Positions 53,036 through 64,000 of a stretch of DNA of 64,000 bases are shown in pieces. The first letter of the stretch is position 1, and every line of letters starts with the position of its first letter. A model generated the notes under the pieces. It was not told the origin of the DNA. It was given only the letters and a program-made list of their open reading frames with translations, and did not search any database. Source of the stretch: Octopus bimaculoides (lineage: Eukaryota); assembly GCF_001194135.2 (NCBI RefSeq), contig NC_068988.1, positions 53,120,704-53,184,703 on the forward strand, written 5' to 3'. Position numbers and translations under genes: made by a program.

Positions 53036-54096
53036 TCCTTTACTATCTCATAGCTTCTTCAGTCACACAGTCGCACCCGTACAGTTCACCATTGCACATC
53101 AGAGTGTGCAGTACGGTCTCAACTAAACAATAGTTATGGTATACTTAGAACAATAGATCTATGGTAATGCTTAGTCATATGATTGACAATCTGCTTGTGC
53201 CGTGTGATTATTCCATCAGAAGTGGCCTGGTGCTCTTCAACAACAGCAACAACCTTCTGTGAGTTCTTGTTAGACAAGATTTCAAGCTCTTGTACTTTAT
53301 AAACTCTCTTCTCAGCTATTTCTGCTTGCACAGTTAGAATAATTCATAGCCTTCCAAAATGTCTGATCCTATATCTGCATCTAAAATCACTTGGGTCACA
53401 TGTTTTTCCTCTCTTCACCTTCATTGTGTGTCTCATTCTCTGGAATCCTTATTTTGTTTATATTTCCCCTAAAACCACTAATTTGAAAGAAATTTGACCA
53501 CCAAACAAGAACTTATTACTGTCAATTCTAATTTTGTTATGCAAGATCAAATATTGTCCAGAATAGGAGGCTATCCTTTCCTCCTTAATCAAGGGGCTTG
53601 TTTGCTGCATCCCATTGTATTCTGTAACTATTCTGTGAGTTAATTAACAGAGATAGGGATAGTGCCTATGATTTTTGAAGGTCTTCCCTAGCTGGTGAGA
53701 TTGCAGCTAATGTGCAGAATACCTGGAAGTAAAACATGGGCTGGAAGGGAACTGAATGTAGGACAGGGTTCTCTGGTTCAAGTGCTTGAGACAGAGTGAA
53801 TTTTACTCAAGTCTTTAAAGGACCTGATGGTAATGTTAAACCAGATGGCTTGTTAGACTTACTTTCCACCCTTCTAAAAGGATGATGTGTCTAGACAGGC
53901 CTAAAACAGCTATAAGACGCAGTTCTTTCTTCAATTCATTAAGAATAGTTATACACGTTGCTTTGCTTATCAGTTTAACTAATTAAAAATAGCTAAAGGC
54001 AATCTCCTTTTCCTTTCTTTGTCAGATTAATTTATTAAAAAAGCATCATAAACATTGTCCTGCTTCTTCAGATTAACCAGCAGCACTGGAATTTTC

Positions 54097-54130
<34 letters not shown>

Positions 54131-54500
54131 CATCAAATTAATTCATTAATAAGACTGAAAGCATTATTCTTCCCTAGTCAGAATAATTAGTTAATTAAAA
54201 AGGGTCAAGTGCTCTACCCTTCCTCATCAAATTAACTTATTAAAAACAGGGCTATAATTTATTGTTCTTCTATTATACTAATTAAAGCACACTTCAGTCA
54301 TTTACCTGTTTTAGATGATAAACCTCTGTGCTTCTTTAGCACTATATGTTTATATGAGATGCTTTCTCAAGACAAATAGTGCAGTTTTGTGGCTTTCTAT
54401 AGTATATCTACATTAAGTAAGGTATATAAAATGCTGTTCTGAACTAATATTCTGAATTTCCATCGCTAATAACAAATATATTATATTTATTTAACCACAG

Positions 54501-54572
54501 CACACAAACCACTTGAAGCTGTTCCTGAGAAAGATCTAGATTATATCAAATTCCTACCCAGTATTGACTTCT
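54501..54572 (+). CDS. MSH5: MSH5 internal coding exon (72 nt, phase 1 to 1)
   Basis: Acceptor tttatttaaccacAG and donor tct|GTAAGT. Translates (A)HKPLEAVPEKDLDYIKFLPSIDF; IKFLPSIDF matches MSH5 IIFLPSVDF (recalled). In frame with the two preceding exons. Confidence 0.85.
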
Positions 54573-57469
54573 GTAAGTAGCTCTTCACTTTATGCTTTAT
54601 CTTCTTATTTCCTTTTTAATTCTTTTATCTTCTACCTGTTTCAGTCATTGGTCTGGGGTGGGCACCTTAAAGGATTAAGTCAAACAAATCAACACCTGTA
54701 CTTATTTTTATAAATCTGGTATTTATTCTGTCAGTCCCTTTCGCTGAACTGCTTAGTTATAGGGATGTAAATAAACCAACACCAATTGCCAGACCATGGG
54801 GAAGGTGATAAAACACACACACACATGTATATGGGTAAAGACCCTCTTTGGCCATCAATGACCATGGGATTGTACCTAGAAAGTTCTCCTTCAGGCAAGG
54901 TTGTTTATGGCAGACCAGCAATCACCCATGCATACCAGCCTCCACTCTCCACACCACTGATGTTATCCAAGGGAAAAGCAAAGGCCAATGCAGCTTGACA
55001 CCAGGGATGTCACAACTCATTTCTACAGCTGAGTGAACTGGAGCAACATGAAATAAAGTGTCTTGCTCAAGAACACAACACACAACCCAGTCTGAGAATT
55101 GAACTCACTACCTCATGATTCTGAGCTTGACACTTTTACCATATATATATATACACAATGGGCTTCTTCAGTTTCTGTCTACCAAATTCACTCACAAAGC
55201 GTTGGCCAGCCCAGGGCTATAGTATGATACACTTGTTCGAGGTATCATGCAGTGGGATTGAACCTGAAACCATGTAATTGTAAAGCGAGCTTCTTAAACA
55301 CACAGCTTTGCATTTAAGATTAATTTTCACAATAACGAAGTGTCTGATCAAAAGGTCAACTTTTGTCTTGTCTAGTGAAGGACATGACAAACAGGGTGCC
55401 ATGATAAAATGTACTCAGTACATCTCTAAAGTGGTCAGTGTTTAGAAAGGCAACCAGATTTGGAAACCATGTTACCATGCTCAAAAGATAAAAACATATA
55501 AGTGAGGTATTGTCCCCTGACTCATCTTGCAGGGTTGTAGCTCCGATTAAGAACTGTCTTAGACTCTAACAATCCATTTTATCCATGCCAGAAAGTGGAC
55601 TGAAAATGATGATGACAGTGACTATGGTGGTGGAGACAGTGGTGGCAGTGACAATGGTGGCATGTATATATGTTCAGTGATATAGCATTATCATTATTAA
55701 GTTCTTTTAATGTTCAACTTCCATGTTAGATGGTTTGCCAGGATCCAACAGGTCCCAGGTATGCACCTTGTTATGTTCCAATACCGCCCTTGGTATGATT
55801 TCTATTGCTGGATGCCCTTCCTATGGCTGACCACCTTGAAAAGTCTACCGGACTGTTTTTTTGTTCATGGCACCAGCACTAGTGAGGTCACCATATAACT
55901 TACAAGTCTAAGGCCCCCTTCATCTGAGTGGTGCTTCTATAGAGAGGAGGTGGCTTTATACTAAGTGAAAATTTAAAGAATTTAAGAAGGGCTTGGGGCA
56001 GGTTTCTTGTAGAAGAGTTACATCGCATGTTGCTTCTACAAGAGTAATTGGGGTGGAGTTAGAGAGAGATAAAAATAGTGATGGTGGGGTATCAGAGTAG
56101 GCCCTCTAGGTACAAGAGAGGGGCTAGAAGTGAATGAGAACAGAAGAACTGAGAGTGTGGATAAGTAGAGGTCACAAGAGTGTATGGGGATAAAAGCAAG
56201 GGATGTATAGAAATGGGGTTGAGGTGATGTAGAGGGAGTGAATATACTGAACAATGAGAAGTTTGAGGAGTGGTCGATGATAAATATGAGATGGAGGGGA
56301 AGCTAGAGGAGAGTAGGTGATGACTGCAGAGATTGGGTAGGGTTGAGAGATAGATGTGGTAAATGGTAGCCAAAGAGAGAGAGGGGGTGATTGATGATTG
56401 ATATGAATGAAAGGAAGGTAGGGGGAGTAGGTGATGACTAGCAGTACAGAAAAGATTGAAAAACCACAGAATAATAATTGTAATACAGGATATTATTATT
56501 ATTCTCAAAAGCATTCAACCATGGTTATCCTGTTTTTTTTTTTGTCTGATGTAGTGTATGTAAGTTTACATTACCCAGCGTTTTTTTTTTTTGTTTTTAA
56601 AGATACTTGGATGTAGTATGAGTGAGATTAGGCTGCTATTTCTTGCTGCTCTGGCCATCACATAAAGGCTCCTATGCTGACTCATATCACCAGGGTAATT
56701 ATCAGTTGCAAATGAAAAAAAAAAATGGTCTGGTGATGACTTTCTCTTTCTCCCTAATATTCTCACTCTTTCTCTCTCTCCCTCTCTTTTTCTTTTTACT
56801 CTCTCTTCCTCTCTTTCTCTGTTTCTTGCTATTTTTCTCTCTCTTTATCACTCCCTCTTTCTTTCTCTTCTCCCTCTCTTGTCTTTACTGACTAAAATGA
56901 TAGGTATATCAACGAAAGTGCAGCGAACAGAAAGTTGTTCCTGATGTTATTTACTTATGCTAATTAGTAGGAAGTTTACCAATTAACTGATATCAGATAA
57001 ACTATTTTGCTTTAACGACTTTAATTAAATTGGTAATTTTAATAACAGCACCACCTTTACAAATCCAATTTTAACTTAGCTGAAATGTAATAAAAAGGAC
57101 TTCATTTCAAACCTTAGACATTATTTTTAATATATTTTATTTATTTATTATATCTTTAATTTTTTTTCTATTTTATTTACATATTTATTTAGAAGCTTAT
57201 CTTTAAAACTCATTAATTGGATGTCTTTAATGTTTTGAACAAATTTTACTTAAAGGTTTGCCTTTACCAAATGCTTGAGAATATCATTATCATTAGCTTA
57301 CTTTGATTCCACTGTGGAAAAATAAGAGAGTCATTAGTGTATATTTTTCCTATTATTTGTTAGGACATGGAATCATTAGGATATATTTTCATACTATTTG
57401 TTAAAAATACTCTTTGTTATTTTAATGAGAATCACATTATTGTTTAATATTTTTTTTTTTTTTTTTTTT

Positions 57470-58303
57470 NNNNNNNNNNNNNNNNNNNNNNNNNNNNNNN
57501 NNNNNNNNNNNNNNNNNNNNNNNNNNNNNNNNNNNNNNNNNNNNNNNNNNNNNNNNNNNNNNNNNNNNNNNNNNNNNNNNNNNNNNNNNNNNNNNNNNNN
57601 NNNNNNNNNNNNNNNNNNNNNNNNNNNNNNNNNNNNNNNNNNNNNNNNNNNNNNNNNNNNNNNNNNNNNNNNNNNNNNNNNNNNNNNNNNNNNNNNNNNN
57701 NNNNNNNNNNNNNNNNNNNNNNNNNNNNNNNNNNNNNNNNNNNNNNNNNNNNNNNNNNNNNNNNNNNNNNNNNNNNNNNNNNNNNNNNNNNNNNNNNNNN
57801 NNNNNNNNNNNNNNNNNNNNNNNNNNNNNNNNNNNNNNNNNNNNNNNNNNNNNNNNNNNNNNNNNNNNNNNNNNNNNNNNNNNNNNNNNNNNNNNNNNNN
57901 NNNNNNNNNNNNNNNNNNNNNNNNNNNNNNNNNNNNNNNNNNNNNNNNNNNNNNNNNNNNNNNNNNNNNNNNNNNNNNNNNNNNNNNNNNNNNNNNNNNN
58001 NNNNNNNNNNNNNNNNNNNNNNNNNNNNNNNNNNNNNNNNNNNNNNNNNNNNNNNNNNNNNNNNNNNNNNNNNNNNNNNNNNNNNNNNNNNNNNNNNNNN
58101 NNNNNNNNNNNNNNNNNNNNNNNNNNNNNNNNNNNNNNNNNNNNNNNNNNNNNNNNNNNNNNNNNNNNNNNNNNNNNNNNNNNNNNNNNNNNNNNNNNNN
58201 NNNNNNNNNNNNNNNNNNNNNNNNNNNNNNNNNNNNNNNNNNNNNNNNNNNNNNNNNNNNNNNNNNNNNNNNNNNNNNNNNNNNNNNNNNNNNNNNNNNN
58301 NNN
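57470..58303. other. Assembly gap (largest of about 13; others near 4366, 10807, 11587, 12252, 15751, 20119, 26062, 27019, 28346 and 52315)
   Basis: N runs, mostly flanked by microsatellites. Confidence 0.95.
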
Positions 58304-58378
<75 letters not shown>

Positions 58379-58689
58379 ATATATTTGTGTGTGTTTGTGT
58401 GGCTAGGAAGGATTTTTCTTACTGTGAAGGAAGACCTTTCTGAGAAATATGATTCTGTATACTTTATCTGTTTCTGCTATGTGGTTTGTATGGAAACTGG
58501 AAAAATATTCCTCCATATGTCTTGTTATCAAGTTTCCTTTTGAAATTCACCATTGTCTGTTTTGCTACACACCTTCTGATGTGTTATTTACTACATGTTT
58601 TGATATGAATTTCCTGTTTTATTTACCTTGTTTTAATTAAAATATTTATAGTTTTCATTTAAAACTTGATTTCAATCCATTCACTTATG

Positions 58690-58864
58690 AATTTTATTAA
58701 TTCATATATGTATCATCATCACCATCACCATCATCATCATCACCATCATCATCTTCATCATCATCATCATCATCGTCATCATAATCATCATCACCACCAC
58801 CCTCATCACCACCACCACCACCACCACCATCATCATCACCACTACCATCATCATCACCACCACT
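58690..58864. repeat. (CAT/CAC)n trinucleotide microsatellite
   Basis: Direct inspection; it explains the poly-His and poly-Asp/Gly ORFs. Confidence 0.9.
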
Positions 58865-59041
58865 GTTATTTATATCCACTTTCAATACTGGCCATATCCA
58901 GCCAAAGTATTCTACCTGTTTTATGTTTCAAACTGGCCAGATCTGGCCCCTCACACCTACCCTACAGTGTCATTCTGAACATAAACTATCACATCACCAA
59001 AATTCTGAAGCTTTAAGATAATATATGATTAGTTCAAACAA

Positions 59042-59373
59042 AGTGGAGGCAGGTGGCTTAGTGGTTAAGGTGTTTGGCTTACAATTGTAAGGTTGTGAGT
59101 TCGATTCCTGACAATGTGTTGTGTGCTTGAGCAAGGCACTTTATTATTTCACATTACTCCAGTCCACTTAGCCAGCAAAAATGGGTGGTACCTGTAATTC
59201 AAAAGTCCAGCCTTGTCACATTCTGTGTCATGCTGAATCTCCCTGAAAACTATGTTAAGAATATGGGTGTCTGTGGAGTACTCGGCTGCTTGCATGATAC
59301 TTTCACTAGCAGACTGTTCGGTTGATCATATCAACTGAAACATTTGTCATTGTAACTGATGGAGAGTCAGGTC
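59042..59373 (+). mobile_element. tRNA-headed CORE-like SINE (family D) splitting a piggyBac-type MITE
   Basis: Head ggtggcttagtggttaagg...gagttcgattcc, then gtgcttgagcaaggcacttt. Duplicated flank agttcaaa(a)caa. Related pieces at 6325-6600, 36915-37045 (-) and 54830-55140 (-). Confidence 0.7.
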
Positions 59374-59968
59374 AGTTCAAAACAATGTGAATAATAAGCA
59401 TTACATTTAACAGGATAATCTAATAATCTGAATGCTGAATGCACCGACCACTTGACAGAGTACACCTGGTGCATTTTACCATGGTACCAGTACTAAAATG
59501 ACCAATAAGTGCTCCCAACCTTATGTTATCTCCAGTCATTCACTAACTTTACTGAATGTTTTGGGTGCATTTTATGGCACCGGTGTTAGAGAGAGATTCT
59601 CTTGTCCTCTCCATGACTAAATGGTTCTCACTATTTTATACTATTTCATTTATTCAAGGCCAACATGGTTGTAGTGGATTAATGAAAGAGAATGATAAAC
59701 GAGAGGGTGGAAGAAGAAATAGTACAAGTATGATGGAAGAAGCAGTGTGATAAAAGTGAGAGCGTAGAAGAAGGACAGTGATAATCAGCTATCTTGGGCA
59801 GAATACTTTGATTCAGTCCTCAACTAACCATCAACAATGTATGAAGTTGCAATCTCCCAGCTACCACAAGTCAAAACCAACTCCAAACTAGACAGGCATC
59901 CCACTGATACATATGTGGCAAAAGCCACTTAGCAATTATCCTGTGGTAGAGTTTTTGGACCAGAGGCT

Positions 59969-59969
<1 letters not shown>

Positions 59970-60025
<56 letters not shown>

Positions 60026-60210
60026 GTTTAACGTCCGCTTTCCATGCTAGCATGGGTTGGACGATTTGACTGAGGACTGGTGAAACCGGATGGCAACACC
60101 AGGCTCCAATCTGATTTGGCAGAGTTTCTACAGCTGGATGCCCTTCCTAATGCCAACCACTCAGAGAGTGTAGTGAGTGCTTTTACGTGTCACCCGCACG
60201 AAGGCCAGTC
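59970..60210 (-). mobile_element. RTE-type 3' tail repeat copy with a long (CAT)n
   Basis: catcatcgtttaacgtccgctttccatgctagcatggg... Confidence 0.75.
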
Positions 60211-60211
60211 A

Positions 60212-60760
60212 GCAGCAAAAATGTACAAGTCTGGAAGATTCATTCTGCAACAGAAGTTCACAGAACTGTTCTAGTCCTAGAAGTAATGTAAATTCTCAAA
60301 TGGCTTGATTGTCTCTGTATACAAGTGCAAGGGACACAGACACTCCTGTGATAACCATCATAGTATCTTCATACTGTCCATACTGGAAAGATCCTTGCAA
60401 AAGTCTTACTGAACTGTCTTATCAAATAGTTTGAGAACAGTTTGCTCCCAGAGAACTCATGTAGTTTAAAAGTGGGATGGAACAGTGTAGATATTATATT
60501 TTCTGTGTGACAACTGCATGAGAAATACCATGAGCAACACCAGGATCTAAACATCACATCTCTTAATCTAACAAAGGCATTCAACATTGTAAATCACAAA
60601 GGTCTCGACATCATCAGATAGTTTCACAACAGTATGATGGTCCGTCTCCTTGATGGTCATGAAGCATCAGCAAACCTTCCTGTCAGCAATAACATTAGTT
60701 AGAAGTGTGCTGTAGCCCCAACAGTCTTCAGCATGATCATATCAGGGATAACCACCCAAG
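60212..60760 (+). mobile_element. RTE (BovB-like) LINE RT-core fragment
   Basis: Reads YKCKGHRHSCDNHHSIFILSILGKILAKVLLN...LLPENSC...QLHEK...NLTKAFNIV...VAPTVFSMI, with stops. Confidence 0.8.
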
Positions 60761-60793
60761 TTACAGAAAAGTTGAGAGATGTCACAAATTTTG

Positions 60794-61330
60794 CCCTTTG
60801 GCATTCAGATTACTCTGTCAAACGTAATGCTTATTTATTCACATTGTTTTGACTTAATCATGTTGTTGTTCCATAGCTTTGAGATTTCAATGATGTGATT
60901 GTTTATTTTTAGAACAGCATTGTAGGGTAGACACGAGAGACCGTATCTGATCGGTTTGAACATAAAACAGGTGGAATATTTGGGCCAGATATCATCATTT
61001 TAAATCAGTGGTTCCCAACCTGTGGTACATGAGGGCTTTCCAGGTGGTACGTGAGCACTTTCAGTGTAATATGTGATTTTAATATGTGCTGTGAGCAAGG
61101 TTATACCCTGCATTGATCAGCTGGTGGAGAAGAAACAGATTCAGCCCTCGCATTAGATTGAGTTGTGTTCTTTGTTGTTAGTTCATTTGTGTTTTCGACT
61201 TGTGATTAAATTGATATATGATCGAATTGAGTTTTTCTGGAACCAGGTGGTACGTGGTGGCTGTACGAAACTTCGAAGTGGTACATGATCAAAAAAAAGG
61301 TTGGGAATGACTGATTTAGATGCTTAAGGG
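60794..61330. mobile_element. piggyBac-type MITE interrupted by a hAT-type MITE
   Basis: ccctttggcattcagattactctgtc...gccagatatcatcattttaaat [insertion] atttagatgcttaaggg. Confidence 0.65.
61006..61313. mobile_element. hAT (Charlie-like) MITE
   Basis: TIRs CAGTGGTTCCCAACC / GGTTGGGAATGACTG, with imperfect 8-bp flanks ttttaaat / atttagat. Confidence 0.7.
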
Positions 61331-61559
61331 TTGTAGGAGTCACTAAAATTCAAATCAACTCTATTTGTGACTTTCTCTTTGTTAACAGTGAGCGTTAGCA
61401 CTGTAAATGATATGCAACAAAGTGAAGACAAATCTCCATGGCCTGGGATAACTTTGATTTGACTATCGGCACCAAAAAGACTGAGGTTTAAAATGTGCTC
61501 TTTTAAACTGAGATTTAAAATGTGCTGAGGTTTAAAATGTGCTCACCATGTCATAAGTA

Positions 61560-61762
61560 TGTTCTTTTATTCTTTTATTTGTTTCAGTCATTTGATTGCG
61601 GACATGCTGGAGCACCGCCTTTAGTTGAAGAAATCGACCCCAGGACTTATTCTTTGTAAGCCTAGTACTTAGTCTATCGATCTCTTTTTGCTGAACCGCT
61701 AAGTTACGGGGACGTAAACACACCAGCATCAGTATCAAGCAATGGTGGGGGGACAAACACAG

Positions 61763-61795
<33 letters not shown>

Positions 61796-61955
61796 CACAC
61801 ACACACATGACAGGCTTCTTTCAATTTCCGTCTGCCAAATCCACTCACAAGGCTTTGGTCGGACCGAGGCTATAGTAGAAGATGCTTGCCCATGGTGCCA
61901 CGCAGTAGGACTGAACCCCGAACCATATGGTTGGTAAGCAAGCTACTTACCACGC
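61560..61955 (-). mobile_element. SINE family A, full length
   Basis: Reverse complement of 25440-25835. Confidence 0.8.
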
Positions 61956-62089
61956 CAAAAAAAGAGGAAAAAAATCAGTCTAAGTCAGCTGTGTTGAGGC
62001 AGTAGAGAAATTGACTTACCTTTGGCTTCTCTCAGATGTGTTTGTCGTAATAATTAGGTCAATTCTAGGAAAGCTAATATTTGGGAACA

Positions 62090-62460
62090 TAGGAGTATTA
62101 GTATTTTCACCAAGCTGTTGCACTCACAGTGCTTATTTATGCCTGCAAGACATTGACTGTCTACAGTGAACATGCCAGATGGCTAAATCACTTTCACACC
62201 GCATGTAATCTCAAGATTGTTCCGCATTAAATGACAGCACAAGGTTCCAGACACAGAAGCACTCCAGTAAGTGAAACTTCTATCAATACTACACACCCTG
62301 CTGCAAAAGAACCAAGGTCACTGGACTGGCCATGTTATCTGTAAGCTTGCTACGCAGAAGAGCAGTTGTTGACCTGAAAAAAAATCTTACGAGGATAGCA
62401 GGAAAAATAACATTGGAAAATATGAGCATTGATTGATATCGAAATTTAGGGACAGCTATC
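62090..62460 (+). mobile_element. RTE LINE C-terminal fragment, probably the same copy as 60212-60760
   Basis: Reads RLFRIK-stop-QHKVPDTEALQ..LLSILHTLLQK..HWTGHV (consensus IKWQDKIPDTEVL...RWAGHV). Same strand and collinear order. Confidence 0.65.
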
Positions 62461-62587
62461 TCAGAACAGGCTCTTATGGTACCCTCTCATTAGCTAGGGT
62501 TCACAAAAAAACATGTGTTTGTGTAGCAGAAGCTGGCACTTCAAATGAAGCCACACTTACATATGTATATGCAATATAGATTTACAA

Positions 62588-62980
62588 TGTTGTTGTTGTT
62601 GTTGTTAGCACTCCGTCGCTTACGGTGTCGAGTGTTCCAGTTGATCCGATCAATGGAACAGCCTGCTCGTGACATTAACGTGCAAGTGGCTGAGCACTCC
62701 ACAGACACGTGTACCCTTAACGTAGTTCTCGGGGATATTCAGCGTGACACAGTGTGACAAGGCTGACCCTTTGAATTACAGGCACAACAGAAACAGGAAG
62801 TAAGAGTGAGAGAAAGTTGTGGTGAAAGAGTACAGCAGGGTTTGCCACCACCCCCAGCCAGAGCCTTGTGGAACTTTAGGTTTTTTTCGCTCAATAAACA
62901 CTCACAACCCGGTCTGGGAATCGAAACCACGATCCTATGACCGCGAGTCCGCTGCCCTAACCACTGGGCCATTGCGCCTC
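62588..62980 (-). mobile_element. tRNA-headed SINE (family C) with a (CAA)n tail
   Basis: Head ggcgcaatggcccagtggttagggcagcggactcgcggtcataggatcg..gtttcgattccc, about 390 bp long. Near-identical copy at 51968-52314. Confidence 0.8.
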
Positions 62981-64000
62981 CACATAGATTTAGAATATTC
63001 TTAATTGAAAGAACATACTGGTAGAGGATACTTGAGGTGCACGTCTGAATGGGTAAGTAGAAGACAAAATGACAAGAAGTTAGGGCATGTGTTTTTCTCC
63101 AAGCGCTGATCAATTGACTAATTATAATCACAATTTTGAATAGTTCAGGATCTGATTGAAGGATTCCTCTCATCTGTTACTAATGCTAGCCCTATTTCTG
63201 AGATAACTTGCAAAACAATAATTGCAGGTACAATTCTTGATAGGGACTTCAAAAAGAGCACATTTTAAATTTACTACCTCTGTTAGCTTTACTGCTTCAG
63301 AGAATTGAGATTTAACTTCAGGCTTAGTATTATTACCTGAGAGACTGGTAGATGATTCTCCTTGTGGATAGGGCACTAATTTACCATAGGTGCTCCCCCA
63401 TAAGATCTGGTGCTAACAACATCCCACTTCTAAGTAAAATACAGAATTAATTAAATGCCATGCTTTAAACACTTCTAATTAATATAATAATGATAAAGCG
63501 ACTGTTTCTAATCTGTCATTTTACTTCTACAAATTACTAATATTTGTATTTGTAGAAATCTGAAGATTATTAAATTGGTTGAATTCCAAGGATTACATAA
63601 CCAATAATGTTACCCAAATATCAATTCCTCTACTCTGGCACTGGCTAATGAACACCCCATTCAGGTGTTTCTCTACATTTTGGCAACTTATATTATGAAA
63701 TTTGCCTGTGGTGGATCATATTAACATAGTGATATAATTGACTTGTGTTTGATCTAGTAGTTTTAGTGGATTCACTGTTTGTTAGTCACCCAGCTAACTA
63801 ATAGCCTGGCAACATGCTACTTAACCCTGTTGGCAATCTAACGTTTTTCAGCATTTAATACCGTTAACATAGCCTCACTTAGTAGCAAATGATCCTATAT
63901 GATGGCCACCCCTCATGATTAGTCATTTAACTATTATAACAGTTTCTCTTCCAAGGTGGAAAATATGCAGTTTCTTAGGATTCATATTTCTTTCTTTCTT

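Noticed and set aside
58666-59016. Poly-histidine ORF (and poly-D/G ORF on the opposite strand)
   Set aside because: A (CAT/CAC)n microsatellite running into a MITE; no splice or homology support.
60068-60095. CTGAGGA-CTGGT-GAAAC in the RTE tail family
   Set aside because: Only 5 nt lie between the core halves, too short for helix II.
61397-61470. Strong acceptor (ttctctttgttaacAG) as the next MSH5 exon; also the donor at about 63054
   Set aside because: The phase-1 frame hits a stop after about 24 codons and shows no MSH5 similarity.
62900-62980. tRNA-like sequence (also the heads at 25465, 29330 and 59045)
   Set aside because: These are SINE heads continuing into repeat bodies; no complete cloverleaf.
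63170-63376. 68-aa minus-strand ORF with Cys cluster
   Set aside because: No recognisable family or splice structure; probably a decayed repeat.
1-64000. CRISPR arrays, rRNA genes, prokaryotic operons
   Set aside because: None seen; the sequence is eukaryotic and its tandem repeats lack unique spacers.

Overview
AT-rich, microsatellite-dense eukaryotic draft-assembly sequence with about 13 N-gaps. The repeat landscape looks like a coleoid cephalopod, probably Octopus (inference from repeat style, not verified). The only confidently identifiable protein-coding content is three internal plus-strand exons of the meiotic MutS homolog MSH5 (42706-42829, 48779-48859, 54501-54572), which splice in frame. 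Its 5' exon(s) and the next exon were not found. An orphan exon-like segment at 13712 probably belongs to a second, unidentified gene, and twin ETS-type CCGGAAGTG motifs at about 26.8 kb suggest a promoter. The rest is mostly decayed mobile DNA: three mariner/Tc1 elements, RTE and CR1/Jockey-like LINE fragments, piggyBac-type (TTAA) and hAT-type MITEs, and many tRNA-headed SINEs, often nested. The most interesting observation is two different palindromic foldback elements about 1 kb apart (27872-28056 and 28966-29164). Each carries a type-I hammerhead-ribozyme-like fold (helix I, CUGANGA core, helix II, GAAAC, short near-palindromic helix III), as known for Penelope-like elements and retrozymes. 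All coordinates were read by hand; repeat boundaries may be off by several bases.
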